A stretch of 64,000 nt of DNA from Yuukianura sp. NJ FZ-2021. Taxonomy: Eukaryota. The notes beneath the pieces were generated by a model. That model was given only the letters and a program-made list of their open reading frames with translations. It was not told the DNA's origin and made no database searches. The stretch lies in the NCBI GenBank assembly GCA_046563655.1, contig CM102289.1, positions 4,092,001 to 4,156,000 of the forward strand, read 5' to 3'. Position numbers and translations under genes: made by a program. Numbering within the stretch: position 1 is the first letter of the stretch; every line of letters begins with the position of its first letter. This document shows positions 39,660 to 52,267 of the stretch, piece by piece.

Positions 39660-42365
39660 TATCTCCTATAAAGTAGGTTTTGTTTTGCTTAAGTTAAATT
39701 AGCCTAGGTTTTGAGTTTGTATTAGCGTCGTACACTTTTACTTTGTTCTCTGAAAGAGTTCTTCAGAAAGCGACCACTGCGGTGAAAGTTCAAACGAAAA
39801 CTGAAGCTTTCGAGGAGTTTTCATCGCAACTTTCACTTTATACACCGCATGACTTGCATCAACGCAGTAGGTTCTGTCAGACGTATAGATTCATTTTATG
39901 TCGCCGCTTGATTGTCGCTTATCATACAGCGACTGCGGGGGGCACCGTCATAGGGTAGTGAATGCTTTTTTAAGAACATTTACATACAAAAGCCCCAGAT
40001 AAGGCTCTCTTAAGGCATAGTAACACTAACGTGCCGGAGAACCAAGCTATACCATAAAAATTGAACATTTTTTGTGAATTCTTATCCTGATTTGTCCGTG
40101 CCGAATATTTCGTTCCATGTGTAGCCTTTGTCTATTCTTAGTTTATACAGTAGAGGGCCGATTAAAACCAAAGTTGATTTTTCTTGTACTCTGGAATCAG
40201 CGGGAGAAATTTCCTTGAAAAGTATTCCCAGGCGAATTTACTTCAAAGACAAGAAGCGTGGATGTTCCGCTCAAGTCTGAAATTAGTAAATTTATTTCAG
40301 AACTAACTAGACAACTTGGAAAACTCATTTATACTTTTCCTAACCAATGTACAGTCGACAGCAAGGAAATTCGTTAAGAATTCAAAAACAAAAGTGTTAG
40401 ATGAATCACATCTAACTCCGCACTAGGTTCAAAACTGAACAAAAGCAAATTGTCTTGTCGTCGTAGCTCGGATCTTCAAACTAATAAGTTGATTTCCAGT
40501 TCGTGGAAGAAATGCATTGCTTTCGGTTTTCAATTTTGTTCTATACAAATATTTTTCAAAGTTCGACTTATCGACTTCCATTCAAAAAGTTGAATGGAAA
40601 GTAGAAAGTTAGTAAAGTTTAGGAAGCTTAAGGCTCAACAAACCTTTTCATTTACTCCTTAGACGTTTTGTTACTGATTCCATCTTTTAGTAATTGAAAG
40701 GCGGATGACGTTACTTAGAAACTTTCAACATATTCGAACCTATTTAGTCTGACAAGGAAATCCGTACAAGTAAACGTGAGATGAAATCCGTTGTACAATG
40801 CATGGCTTCTCAAAACAACAAGTGTTCTAAATTGTCGCTTGCTTAAGCAAGCACGCTTGGAATAATTTGGGTGAAGGCTGAAACAACAATTGCGCAGCTT
40901 TTCCAAGTCCAAAAACTTTTTTTTTTTTTAGATAATTGGGTGATTTTCATTTTCAATCAATTTTCAAAATTTAATAGATGGTGGAAATCGTATTTCTATT
41001 TTAACTTTACAAGGTCTATAGCTCGTCACAATACTATGTAATTTTACGTTCCTATTACATAGTATTTGTTATAGTAAGTGTGTGTAGTTTTGCTCAAATC
41101 AAACGGCTCACGTATCGAGAATTTTTCGTCTTAGATGTCGACTGGTGAGCTGAAAATCAATTTAGCTTTTAAGTCTTTCCATTTGATTTGAGCGTAGCAG
41201 CCATAGCAATGAATTGAAAACTCTTCAGCGTCTTTTCTTGCAACCTGATCTCGACTTTCACGACCGTTTGCACGAATCTCACAGACTCTCCAATTTCCTT
41301 CATCTGATCTCGTGTGGATTACTTTTATTGTTGCGGAAGGAAGGAGATCAACGCTGGATTTTGCCAATGGGGCAGAAAGTTGCAATGGATTATTTCTCTG
41401 CCTCACCTTCATCTCCAGTCTTTTGAGGAACACAAAATGTGCTGGAGTGACTGTAATGGGCAAGAGATTTATGTCTAGAAAGGGAATTCGCCTCCATTTA
41501 ATAAACATTAACTAAAGGCAAAGAAAGCCGTCTTGAAAATTCTGGAACAGTTTTTATAGTTTACTTTACCGGAGGGAGCATATCAAGCTGAAAAATTTGA
41601 AGTGGCTTTCTGCAGTATTAGCAGAATTGTAAATTCTCGCCTGACGACATGTTTCCTTTTACTTTAATTAAAATTCTTAAAAATCGGTTTTAATTGCAAC
41701 TTTTAACTAAACAAGAAACACGTATGAACATTTTAACCAAAAGAGGCTTCTAAAATCCGATTCTGAATACAGTTTTGTTATGTTATTGCTTCTACTTTTT
41801 CTAAATCGGATTGAAAATAAATGGATACAGATATTTAAATTTTAATTACAGTTGACTGTAGATTATAAAAATTGGTTCCAAAAAATTTATGTCTCTTATG
41901 CAGGAATCGTTTTGCCCATTTACTTGGCTGTCGTGAATAGCTTAATAAACGGATGGAGTTTTACTACTATGTGTCTGTTCTTCCTGCAACATGAGAAAGG
42001 ATATACTTTTGAAAGGCTTTAAAATTCAGAAGAAAATTCCAAGGTCTTTTCTTTAAGTCGTAAAAGCATATTTTTGCTACTCTCTTTTGTCTTTTTTTGA
42101 AGTTTTTGAACAAAGGAAATAAAAATAGGCTGTTTTGTGCCGTTTAAAATTGGTTACAAAAATTTCCACAACTTTACTAAAAATTCAGATGCTTTTGAAT
42201 ACTTATGTCGTCCAGATATTTGTCCGATTTTCGTAACGGTATTATCTTCTCTACTAGTTTCCCTCTGATATTAACTTATTTATTTCGTGGCCTTGTGAAA
42301 AAGAAAGTCAAAACAATGTCGTGCTAATTATTAAAACAGAAACAAGGATTTTTTCCAACGGAAAA

Positions 42366-44190
42366 ATGTCCAGTGTCATTCTCCCAGCGGAAGGTATGTT
42401 CCTTAAGTACTTAGTTTTATTTTTTTATTTAAAGTGTCAGCTAGTCAAAGTGTTTGTAATGTTTATAGTAACTGCAGTCGGTAAATAATTTAACTGATTT
42501 ATTTAATACTTTCATTCAAGAGTGTCGTATTTACGTATTTCAAAACGCTGAAAAACGAACCCTCCAGCGAAATAATTTTTCGATGTTACCAAAATAATTT
42601 ACACCTCCACGAATTCTTATAGTCACTACTCACTAACATACCTACCTCACTTTTGATTTCAGAATATAATTGCCATCCTTTCAAGAATACTGACGGGTAT
42701 GTAGATGCGGAATTAGCTGCAAAATGGCTTTTAGAAGCACAAAATGGAATGCACTCCGACTGCATTTCGACGCAAGAGCCAACAGATCCTAATACTGGAG
42801 ACGTAAGTTAAAATTTCTGGAAGATCATACAGAATTCCTCACTATCATTTACAATGACGGAGTTGGTTTCAACCTTTACAGGTCGTTTCAATACAACTTC
42901 TATGTCAAAGTACTAACTTTTATGGTTTTAACTTTAGGTTTATATTGTCAAAAGGAGTATACCGAATATGAGAGGAAAAGCTCCAAGGACACAATGGAAA
43001 AGGATTTCAACAACATCCGTGACACGCCAAGGAATCAAAATTGATGTTGAAGTGTTCATAATTCCAAATCAAGAAGGTTTCGCCATGTTTACAAAACGGG
43101 TATTCCGAATTCGAAAAGCGTCAGGTACATGAAAAGCACAAATCTGAACTGAAGTTAGTAAACTTTCTTATATTCACTATGCTTTACCCTGTTGTTCCAG
43201 TTGACTACACAAATTCAAGGTTGACTTTAGTCGCTTTCGATGGAAGCGACCCTGCGCAGAAAATTCCAAAGTGTGAAACACCAGGTACGCTAAACATAAT
43301 AGTGCTTTTTACGAAATTTATTTATAAAAGTTAATAAATAAAGGAATCTGTCGAGTTAGCTCCGAAAAAAAGAAAACGTCCGCGGAAATTGAACGTTATG
43401 GATTCGGGCACCATAGCAAAGCATCATGCCATGCCAACGCAAAAGGTCTATGGGCAAGATGTCACCACCGAAGTTCGCTCGGAATCGACCCTGAATTCCA
43501 AGAAGACAACGTTTATGAAGACTGCTCTTGATCTACTGTCAAAACAGCGTGATTTTCCGCATAATCTACCGGACGCTACAGTACCAGATGCCCTATTGAG
43601 TTCACAAGTGGTAATGTGTAAATGTGCTTTAATTGGAACTGTGCGCTAAGTTTCCATTTTCTAATCCAATCTTTAAAATTATTAGGTACGTGGGGTTGGG
43701 AATTCCAAACGGCAGAAACTAATCTTAAGGAAGCAACGAAATCATTATAAAGACCACGTTAGTCAGAGCGTTCATGGCAACACAAATCAACGAAACAATA
43801 CCAGCGCAAGTCCATTGATGCAACGAAAATTAGTCCTTCAAGAATGCTTGAAGACTAGACATTTGGTTGACGTGAAGCAAAACGTACGGTATCCAACTCA
43901 TTTGTCACAATTTTACACTAGCGTGAATATTCCGAATGAAAGTGAATCAAAAGTTGCAAATTTTTTTGACGACGCCAAACAGATTCCATTCACAACGAAC
44001 CATAGATCTCTCCGGTACGTAGCTCGAAATTCTTATATTGTTTTTATATTTTGTTCATTGGAAAACGGAATTGATTTGTTACGTTTAATTGTGTTTACGT
44101 AGGAAAAGGTCGGTTTTGACGTCACCGGAAGATTTGTCTGGGACGAAACCTACAGTGACCGTAAAGCGAAGTGCAAGCGGCCTTAAAATT
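42366..44190 (+). CDS. Multi-exon gene or pseudogene with CG-1-like (transposase-type) DNA-binding domain
   Basis: Spliced reading QEPTDPNTGD|VYIV...TQWKR...FTKRVFRI...LTLVAFDG; several GT-AG introns; first-exon frame does not join cleanly. Confidence 0.45.
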
Positions 44191-44822
44191 ACAGCAGTGA
44201 GATTCGATTGACAGACGCTATAAATAATTTATTTTTTTACTCGCATAATTATTCAGCAAGTTAAATGAAATGAAGCGTTAGCCGAAGCAAGGAATGTAAA
44301 GCGACATCTTCAGAATTGATGTCAACGTTCGCCATTGCGATGTTTTCACAACCTAAACCGCTTTCTCCTTTAACGGAGCGTCGCAATTACTCTATGTATC
44401 GGTAACACAACATGTCATAAGTCGTTTGGATTGTACTATAGAAGTAGGCCATGATCCAGGATCCACTCCCCTCGAAAGTGTTGGATATATCCGGATTTTT
44501 CTGGTGTCTTCCGAACGAAACTCAATTTTGTCAATCGGAAACTGGATTGCATCCGGATTTATCCATTTATCCAGTGGATATATCCTGGACGAAATGCTAA
44601 AAAAGTGGATATCCACAAACACTGCTGTCAGTGTTGTTGTGAAGGAAAATGTAATAGACTAGCAGTAGAGGGGAAGGAGATTTACGTACTTATTCTTAGC
44701 CCTCCGAAAAAAAGGACCACCGAACATGAAAAATGTTCGATGAGAAAATATGATGAAAAAAATAAAATGTCAAAAACATAAATAACAAAAAATGCAACAA
44801 CAAAAACATAAACTACAAAAAT

Positions 44823-47234
44823 CATAGAGTTGTCAAGACGATGATTTTCGTTTTTTCTTTTAACTAGAGTGGACATGAGGCATTTTTTCAACAAAATTTT
44901 TGAAGCAAATTAAAAGAGGTAAAAAAACCGATTTCACCTGAACTTTAAGCCCGGTTCTCACGACGAAATTCAAACGTTCTTTCAAACTTTCTAAAATTGT
45001 TAATAAAAAAAAGTTGAAAAGACAGTCAAATAATTTTTGAATTGCAAAGGGTGGATCCTTGGTTGGTGAATCGTGGAGCCAAATAAACTTCTTGGTAATT
45101 AACTTTACTGCAAGTGAGATTTGTAGAGAACGGTTGTGGCAGTACTCTAGATACTTTAGACGGATATCCATAACTTCTGAGCTACAGCAGCTTGATACCT
45201 CAACTGCAGTGAAACTACCGTGGGGTCAATTGCTAACAAGAAAAACTTTTTTTCCCACCCTTTTCGTCTCACCCCCAACTTCTGGGTTTGGCATGCGGCA
45301 GCTACGCTCCGCAAGACATCTGGCACTTTTGGAACTCTGTTGACAATTTAGAGTTTTTCTAACCAAACCTAAAGTAAATTCACTTCAAACGAATGTAATA
45401 ATTAACATAACCTAATTAATTAATGTTTTAATTAACATAAACAAGTTAACTGGCCTAATTATTTTCTTTAAAATAATTTAAGTATAAAATATTATGAATT
45501 GACCTAAAATTTGAACAAATTAACCTAACATAACGCTAACCTAATAAAATATTAACGTGTAGTTACCCAATCACCAAAACAACATTTTGGAAAAAAAAAT
45601 TTTTTTTCTTACAAACTTCATAGAATTTCACATGCTATGGGGGGAAAAAGGGTTCCGCCCACCCACCCTTAGCTCGGGAATTCCGCTCCGCGGAATTCCC
45701 TCGCCGGGTCGCCCCGCTCCTTCCCCTATAATCAAGCCCCTCCACCCTTTTTTGTGTACTTTTTTTTTAACTTTTCGCACCTGTGCACTTTCTCCATTTT
45801 TGGACAACTTACTAAATTTCAGGGTTTTGTGTAAATATGAGGTGCCTTCGACTCTAAAACTTTGTTCATTAAAAAATTTGGAGATTTGGAGTAAAAAATT
45901 AATACTTATGAAATTACCTATCCTTATACTAATTTTTAAAACATGACTTCGTAGGGTTTAGCCCAAGCTTCAGTTAGCAGCGTTAACGGCCTCAGAAATC
46001 TGCAAAAAAGTTAAATGTTACCCCTCGAAAGAGTTACGAGTTACTCCTCCAAAAGAGTTACGAGTTACTCCTTTCCGTTTCTGGATTAAAACGCCAGGTG
46101 TAGTTCATTAGTGCGGACCTCTGGCGGAACAGAAAAACCTCCAAAAAAGAGTAACAGGTAACTCTTTTTTGCGTTTTACCCATAGCATGTAAAATTCTAT
46201 GAAGTTTGTAAGAAAAAAAATTTTTTTTTTCCAAAATGTTGTTTTGGTGATTGGGTAACTACACGTTAATATTTTATTAGGTTAGCGTTATGTTAGGTTA
46301 ATTTGTTCAAATTTTAGGTCAATTCATAATATTTTATACTTAAATTATTTTAAAGAAAATAATTAGGCCAGTTAACTTGTTTATGTTAATTAAAACATTA
46401 ATTAATTAGGTTATGTTAATTATTACATTCGTTTGAAGTGAATTTACTTTAGGTTTGGTTAGAAAAACTCTAAATTGTCAACAGAGTTCCAAAAGTGCCA
46501 GATGTCTTGCGGAGCGTAGCTGCCGCATGCCAAACCCAGAAGTTGGGGGTGAGACGAAAAGGGTGGGAAAAAAAGTTTTTCTTGTTAGCAATTGACCCCA
46601 CGGTAATTAGAAAGAAGTTAATTTGACTCCAGGGTTCACCAATTCAAGATCCACACTTTGAAATTCAGAAACTATTTGACTGTTTGTGTCGCCTCAAACT
46701 CCACACAAATCAGTGACACCCGTGTCAGGTCCATAGTTCCTAAATTACGGGAAAATGACCTGGTGATTTCTACCATTGATAGATACTTAGTAAGTAGATA
46801 GTAACTTAGATGTAGATAGGTTGTTTAGATGTAATTAACTTAAGTATCAGTAATTTAATTAGAATTAGTAAATAGTAACTTCAATTTAACTTTTTGCGAA
46901 AGCAATTTCAGCAGCAGAAGCAATTGTTGGGTTGCTGCCGCTGCCACCTCTTCTTGGCACACTACTAGTCACCATTTGTATCATGACACATATGCGCGGA
47001 TATTTTGTCTAAAAAAAAACCTGCTTTTCGCATTTTTATTCATAATTTTAGAAATTTTGAAAACTGAAAATCTAATTTTCGTCGTTTCTGTGAACCGGGC
47101 TTATAGTTCAGGTGAAATCGGTTTTTTACCTCTTTTAACCTCTTTTAATTTGCTTCAAAAATTTTGTTGAAAAAATGCCTCATGTCCACTCTAGTTAAAA
47201 GAAAAAAAAATCGAATCGTCTTGGTTACTCTATG
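44823..47234. mobile_element. P-element-like non-autonomous element with long TIRs
   Basis: Termini CATAGAGT...ACTCTATG; exact 8-bp TSD ACAAAAAT (44815-44822, 47235-47242); arms 44823-45100 vs 46606-47234. Confidence 0.8.
45218..46603. mobile_element. Young MITE with ~425-bp near-perfect TIRs and TA TSD (Tc1/mariner-type target)
   Basis: TA|CCGTGGGGTCAATTGC...GCAATTGACCCCACGG|TA; 45218-45640 vs 46179-46603. Confidence 0.88.
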
Positions 47235-47396
47235 ACAAAAATGCCGACAAAAATTTTTAAATAACAAGTATTTCAATTTTTCCATACAAAATTCGAACAT
47301 TGACTCGAGCATAGTGTCAAGTCTATGTTTTTGTAACTACTCTGCGGTCGCTGGTAGGTACCTAGAGTGAAGGCACCCACCCCATCCTCTCCCTCC

Positions 47397-47853
47397 TGTG
47401 AGAGTTATTATTACAAGACTCGCGTCTTGAAACAATAAGAAATCAATAATGAAATACAAGACTTGAGTACTTTATTCAATGAACCAAAGAAAACTTTAAA
47501 ACACTAGCTTGACCTGGTAAGGTCACTGCTGAATGAGCTGAGACTTGGAAGAGTCCATGCTGGACCAACGACTGGTGCAGTTCCAGATGTGGCAAAGGTT
47601 TAAATAGCTAATTACATAACATATCTTACGGAAGGGTTAGGGATGGTCAGGGTGCATTCCTGTCCTATCCACTTTACTTACTCTAGACATTTATCAAAAA
47701 AGTTTCTTAAAAGCTTGAAGTGCAGTTGGCACTAAAACGTATCTCTACCTGAGTAATAGTTAGGAATGGAATGTACAAAAGCAAACTTAGCAACAAATCT
47801 ACTTATTAGCTAATGACATGTGTAACAGTTATGACCGGGTCATCCCACTCACA
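47397..47853 (-). mobile_element. Possible solo LTR inside the Polinton-like element
   Basis: TGTGAG...CTCACA inverted ends; minus-strand TATTTAAA (~47605) and AATAAA (~47470); flanks only partly match. Confidence 0.4.
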
Positions 47854-47948
47854 CCGTTCTGCGCATATGACTCATAAGTCTAATGCTTTCATAAGTTCAG
47901 TCGCAGTAACCTAACAAGTATGCATGACAATGCTAAATGTTCATAACT

Positions 47949-48916
47949 TTAAGACGTAGTAACTACGTGGCAGTAACACAACCTTAATAAGTCACAGGAC
48001 AAAAGTAATTCAACTACGTAGCGATTTACATTGTCTAGGTTTTCCTCAGAATATGGCCAATTTAAAAATTCATAAACTCTCCTTCTAAGTTCCCTTAAAC
48101 GATGATGCTCAATAGCTTCATAAATAACCATCAATAGAGAAATTTCGTTAAAATCATATTGTAACTCATTTTCAAAAGTCTCCGATACTATGAATTTATG
48201 AGCTAAATCAAGACGATTGTGGCGTATTACAGATAATACAATACAATAATTATCGTATTCTAACCTAGCATAAAGTCGTACAGGTCTAATATCAATTAAT
48301 CGTTCATTAGCTGAAAGAAAATGATTATCATACATGTTTTATTCCAAGCACTTCCCGTGCTTTTCGTTCCTGACGAATTTGGCGAAAAGATTTCCCCATT
48401 TTGCTTAAGCTGAACTTGCTGAACTAAAATGTCAAAATGTTTTCTGTCCCAAAGACTGAAAGAACAGGAGGTGAAGAACACACAAAGGCCTATGTGTATG
48501 CTATGTGTAAGATAGTAATTTTTGGAAATCTAACCCCTAAAGCTCAATGAAACTTAAGTTTACAGTAACATGGGGAGTGTATAATAGAAAATCTAGACTA
48601 GAAATTGGTAGACATCCCAACGCAATCCGTCGTAAACGAGCAGCAACATATGATAAGCCTCGAGGCCCATACACTTCCCTTCATTTCTCCTTAAAAAACT
48701 GCTAAAGTGATTATAATGTTGGAATATAGGAAAATAGTGGGCTACTGTCATTAAACCATCATAATTTAGATAAGACCCAATTTGCTTGGAAATATGATAT
48801 GGTAAATTAAACATCGGATGCTGGAAAGCTGGAACCTCTTCATCCTCGTAATTATGCTGTAGTTCAGCATACAACTTTTTGCTTGCTCTTTCTTTCGTAT
48901 GGGTATGAAAGGACAA
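47949..48916 (-). pseudogene. Fragmented intronless cargo ORF(s) with F-box-like motif
   Basis: ORFs 48593-48916 (FNLPYHISKQIGSYLNYDGLMTV), 48296-48481, 47949-48335 on one strand. Confidence 0.4.
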
Positions 48917-49559
48917 ATGACTTAATGTGATGTGGTTATAATAACCACACGCCGTTTCAAAATTTTGATCAGAATAAGGGATGAATTCACATGAACTGAA
49001 ATCCTGTTCTTCAGGTTTAGGTAAGTTAAGTCAACCAGCTAGGGAAAATTACCGTGAACTTTGACCCACAAGCAGAAAAAAGGCATGTCAGATGATGAAT
49101 ATTTCCTGGAAGAGCAATGATTTTCTCGGATCAGGTACATGGAAGTTGCGTCATGTTGAACAGCTACTGCGATTGAAAATGTTTTGAAATAGCAGAGCGG
49201 AGCAATGGGCATTTGCCACATGCACGGCAATGGCCGACATGGAGATTTAGCCCAGGAGTTGTCGTTTTGAATACGGGAAAGTCTTCCGTAAAGAAGAAGA
49301 GAAACAATTAAAAATTCTATCAAATTCATTTAAAAATTCATCAAATTTGGGTTAAATTTGTTAGGTTACTAACTCTTCATAAACCGTGGGAGAGACACAC
49401 GCTGTCCGGCGCGACCGACATACGCAACTGTTCCGTACGCCTCAAACAGCTTGTCTTCAAAGATGAGTCCATCGGCAGTATTTAGTGTTGATGGCTTTAC
49501 TGCCGCTTCCCTAGAAAACAAACCGGTTAAAAATACCGTTGTTTGAGATAATGTTAAAG

Positions 49560-50603
49560 TGCAAACAAGACTTCTTCCACCGGACACCAGACAAGTTAAT
49601 CACATCACCGGGCGGATTGACGATCACAAGCGCAACCCACTTGTGATCTCCACCCAAAAATTCTGGAAACTACAGCAGAATTGAGACCATCCTGCACAAA
49701 CCGCTAATTCCAATGAAGGAAGCGTGGGTTGATTTTGCTGCACATGACATTGCATTTCCCCAGAACACTTGTCCACATTTATCACTATTCTGTACAAATG
49801 AGAACTTCACCCGCAGCACTCTCTCCAAAATATCAAAAGAAGATGAGTATCGCTCCGAGTGTATTCAAGCATGCCTGTGTGCATCTTTGTAAGGGGCCGA
49901 ATCCCGAAATCACTTAAAAGGGACTCTTTCGGAACTAACATTTCTATTCCGCGATAATTATGCACTAACTTACCAAATGCAATTGGCTGTCCACCACAAA
50001 ACATTTGATGTACAAGCTCGATCATCCCTACCATGAAAACTTGAATTTGAACGGCGAGATCATTTGCATTTCCATGAAAAATATTCAGATACTCGGCATC
50101 ATGAAAAAATTCCTTAAGTTTATGAAACGGGTGTACCAAGTTGAAGGTGTCAACGAAGTACTCGCATTCTTTAACAGACAACTGCAGAAGTGCGTTATAA
50201 CTATCGATATACCCCTTATCGAAGCTCATCTCCGCGTCTAGACTAATCACTGGACACACACGGAGATGGTTAATCATACGTTGAAATTGACACACTATAA
50301 ACTATAACCAAGTCAATTTCGTTTGGACGATCTTTATACTACTTCCCCTTTAAGTTCCTTATGCTTAGTAACCATAAACTCGTCTAATTTCCAGGAATCA
50401 ACATCAGACGCAAATAGGTGCTTACTGTAGGGAAACACCTGCCACGAATTTTGAAGCACAGCACGACAAAAATACACAGAATCAGATTCCTGAGGTCGTT
50501 CTTTTGCTTTTACATACTTATGGAGACAAAAATTCTGTTCGTTTCTATAGGATGCTAAGGACCCGCTGTTTCGTACTTTTTTCTCTAAAATTGATCTAGG
50601 CAT
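49560..50603 (-). pseudogene. Degenerate intronless Rrp6/EXOSC10-like DEDDy 3'-5' exonuclease with HRDC-like remnant
   Basis: ISLDAE, LLQLS, YFVDT, FHGNANDL, SDFGIRPL, MLEYTRSDTHLLL; upstream TKLTWL and downstream RQSAR*CD* interrupted by stops. Confidence 0.75.
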
Positions 50604-52267
50604 GATGAAAACATTGTAACATAATCACTTATGGACCTCTATTTACATTTTACTGAAATTTGACACGTTGTGTTCAATTGGTACTTAAATTGTTGGTTCT
50701 ATAATCGTCTAAAATACGGTAGTTGACTGTATGTTTCTACCTGTTCTGCCAACCGGTAGAGTATCTGCTTCTGGCGATTCGTCTGACACGGCAGATACTA
50801 ACGGAAGTTTGAACTTCGACTTCCGAACCATGTACGGATTAAGTTCAGAAGCATGACGCTTACCAAAACTGGGTCTTTCCTGTAATCTGACCAATCTGAA
50901 CGTGGCGGGTGTCGGAATACGGAATACTTCTAACTCGGAGAGCAATTTCATGGTCATGCTTCACCTCTTCCATCGCTTGAGAACAGCGTTGGAGGACAAA
51001 TGTTACAATTTCGACTAATATTTTCAGAACTCATGATTGCTAGACACAGAACTCATTGTTTAAATAGCCCTCGGAACATCGTTTGAAAACTCTTAGAAGT
51101 TTTCGAGAACGTTTTTCTAGACTTTTTCTAGACGTTTTGTCGAAATATTTGTAGTTTATGTTTTTAACGTTGATAAATTTTGTTATTGATGTTTTTGACA
51201 TTTTGGTATTTTCTTGTTGTAAAGTGGAAATTTGAGCTAAGTAATGACTTGGATCGCTTGTTGGTCAGAGGTTATTGAGATGCTATTTTATTGAAATGCA
51301 AAACGGAACTGATTTCATAAAATGTATTTTCTTAAAGAAGAAGAACAAAATTGCTAAGTAAAAATAGTGAGAAAAAGCCAAAGTTCAGTTTTGTTTTAGA
51401 AGTTGGTTTCTGAGTTTTAGAAAATGAAACAATGGACTTTTTCACAAAAGTCCATGAGCATGTGAGTCATTGTGACTCACGCTGTCAAAGTACAAGCTAA
51501 AAGTTGCTTTTGGAAGTGAGGTCAAGATTGACCTTTCAACATTTCTCATCGAACATTTTTCATGTTTCGTGGACCTTTTTGTCGGAGGGATAAAAATAAG
51601 TTAGGTTACTTAAATCTTCGTCCTTCCTCTCTACTCTAGCACACCAGTTATGTACTATCACGTGCTTGTCCAAACTGGACAGAAGCCAAGTTCCATATTA
51701 TTGTGAATACGTTTGGTTTCCCTTATATCTTCATTTTCTTTTTGAAAGCTCTCAAGTGTTAGCAGTATTTGCTCAATACACAAAAGCGTATTAGCAGTTG
51801 TAGTAGAACTCTTAACACAGAAAGCCAAAGTTCAAATGAAATATTTGCGATGTATAGATTTTCACTTGAATTGTTTGATTTTGCTGATGGTCGTGTTGAC
51901 CCCTGACCTGTTCACCCCCAAAGTGCACTGGTCACTTTTTCAAGGTCGCAGGAATCACACTCCACATCCTTGAAGTGGAACCGAGGAGTTACATTGGAAT
52001 AAATTTGCATTTCTATTAGAAAATTATACTTCGGGTAGAGTCAAATGTTAAGCATAAAAACTAGGTTGGCGAATTTAGGTTATGAAGTATTTGGTTTGTA
52101 TTTTTGTCTAACCCCAGCTAAATAGCATCTAAATAAAACCACAAGTTGACAGTAAGCATTTAGCAATTGGATTAATTAAACCATGTTTTGGAATAAAAGA
52201 CGTGATTTCTAGGTCACTGCTTATAATACATAATTATTGCTCCACGTTTGGCTCTGTGACTGAAAAA

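Larger units (their letters stand above)
44664..51635. mobile_element. Maverick/Polinton-like TIR element, non-autonomous remnant
   Basis: Termini AGTAGAG...CTCTACT; CTAGC on both flanks (44659-44663, 51636-51640); 44664-44750 is an inverted match of 51540-51635 and 44750-44822 of 51143-51215; internal intronless ORFs. Confidence 0.7.

Noticed and set aside
41131..41515. Overlapping ORFs upstream of the GPCR
   Set aside because: No recognisable motifs or splice phase linking them to the GPCR.
47376..47396. Polypurine tract next to the putative LTR
   Set aside because: Lies on the wrong side and orientation for a PPT; no gag/pol remnants seen.
44664..51635. Autonomous Polinton or endogenous virus
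   Set aside because: No pPolB, integrase, ATPase, protease or capsid ORFs recognisable; internal ORFs are disrupted.
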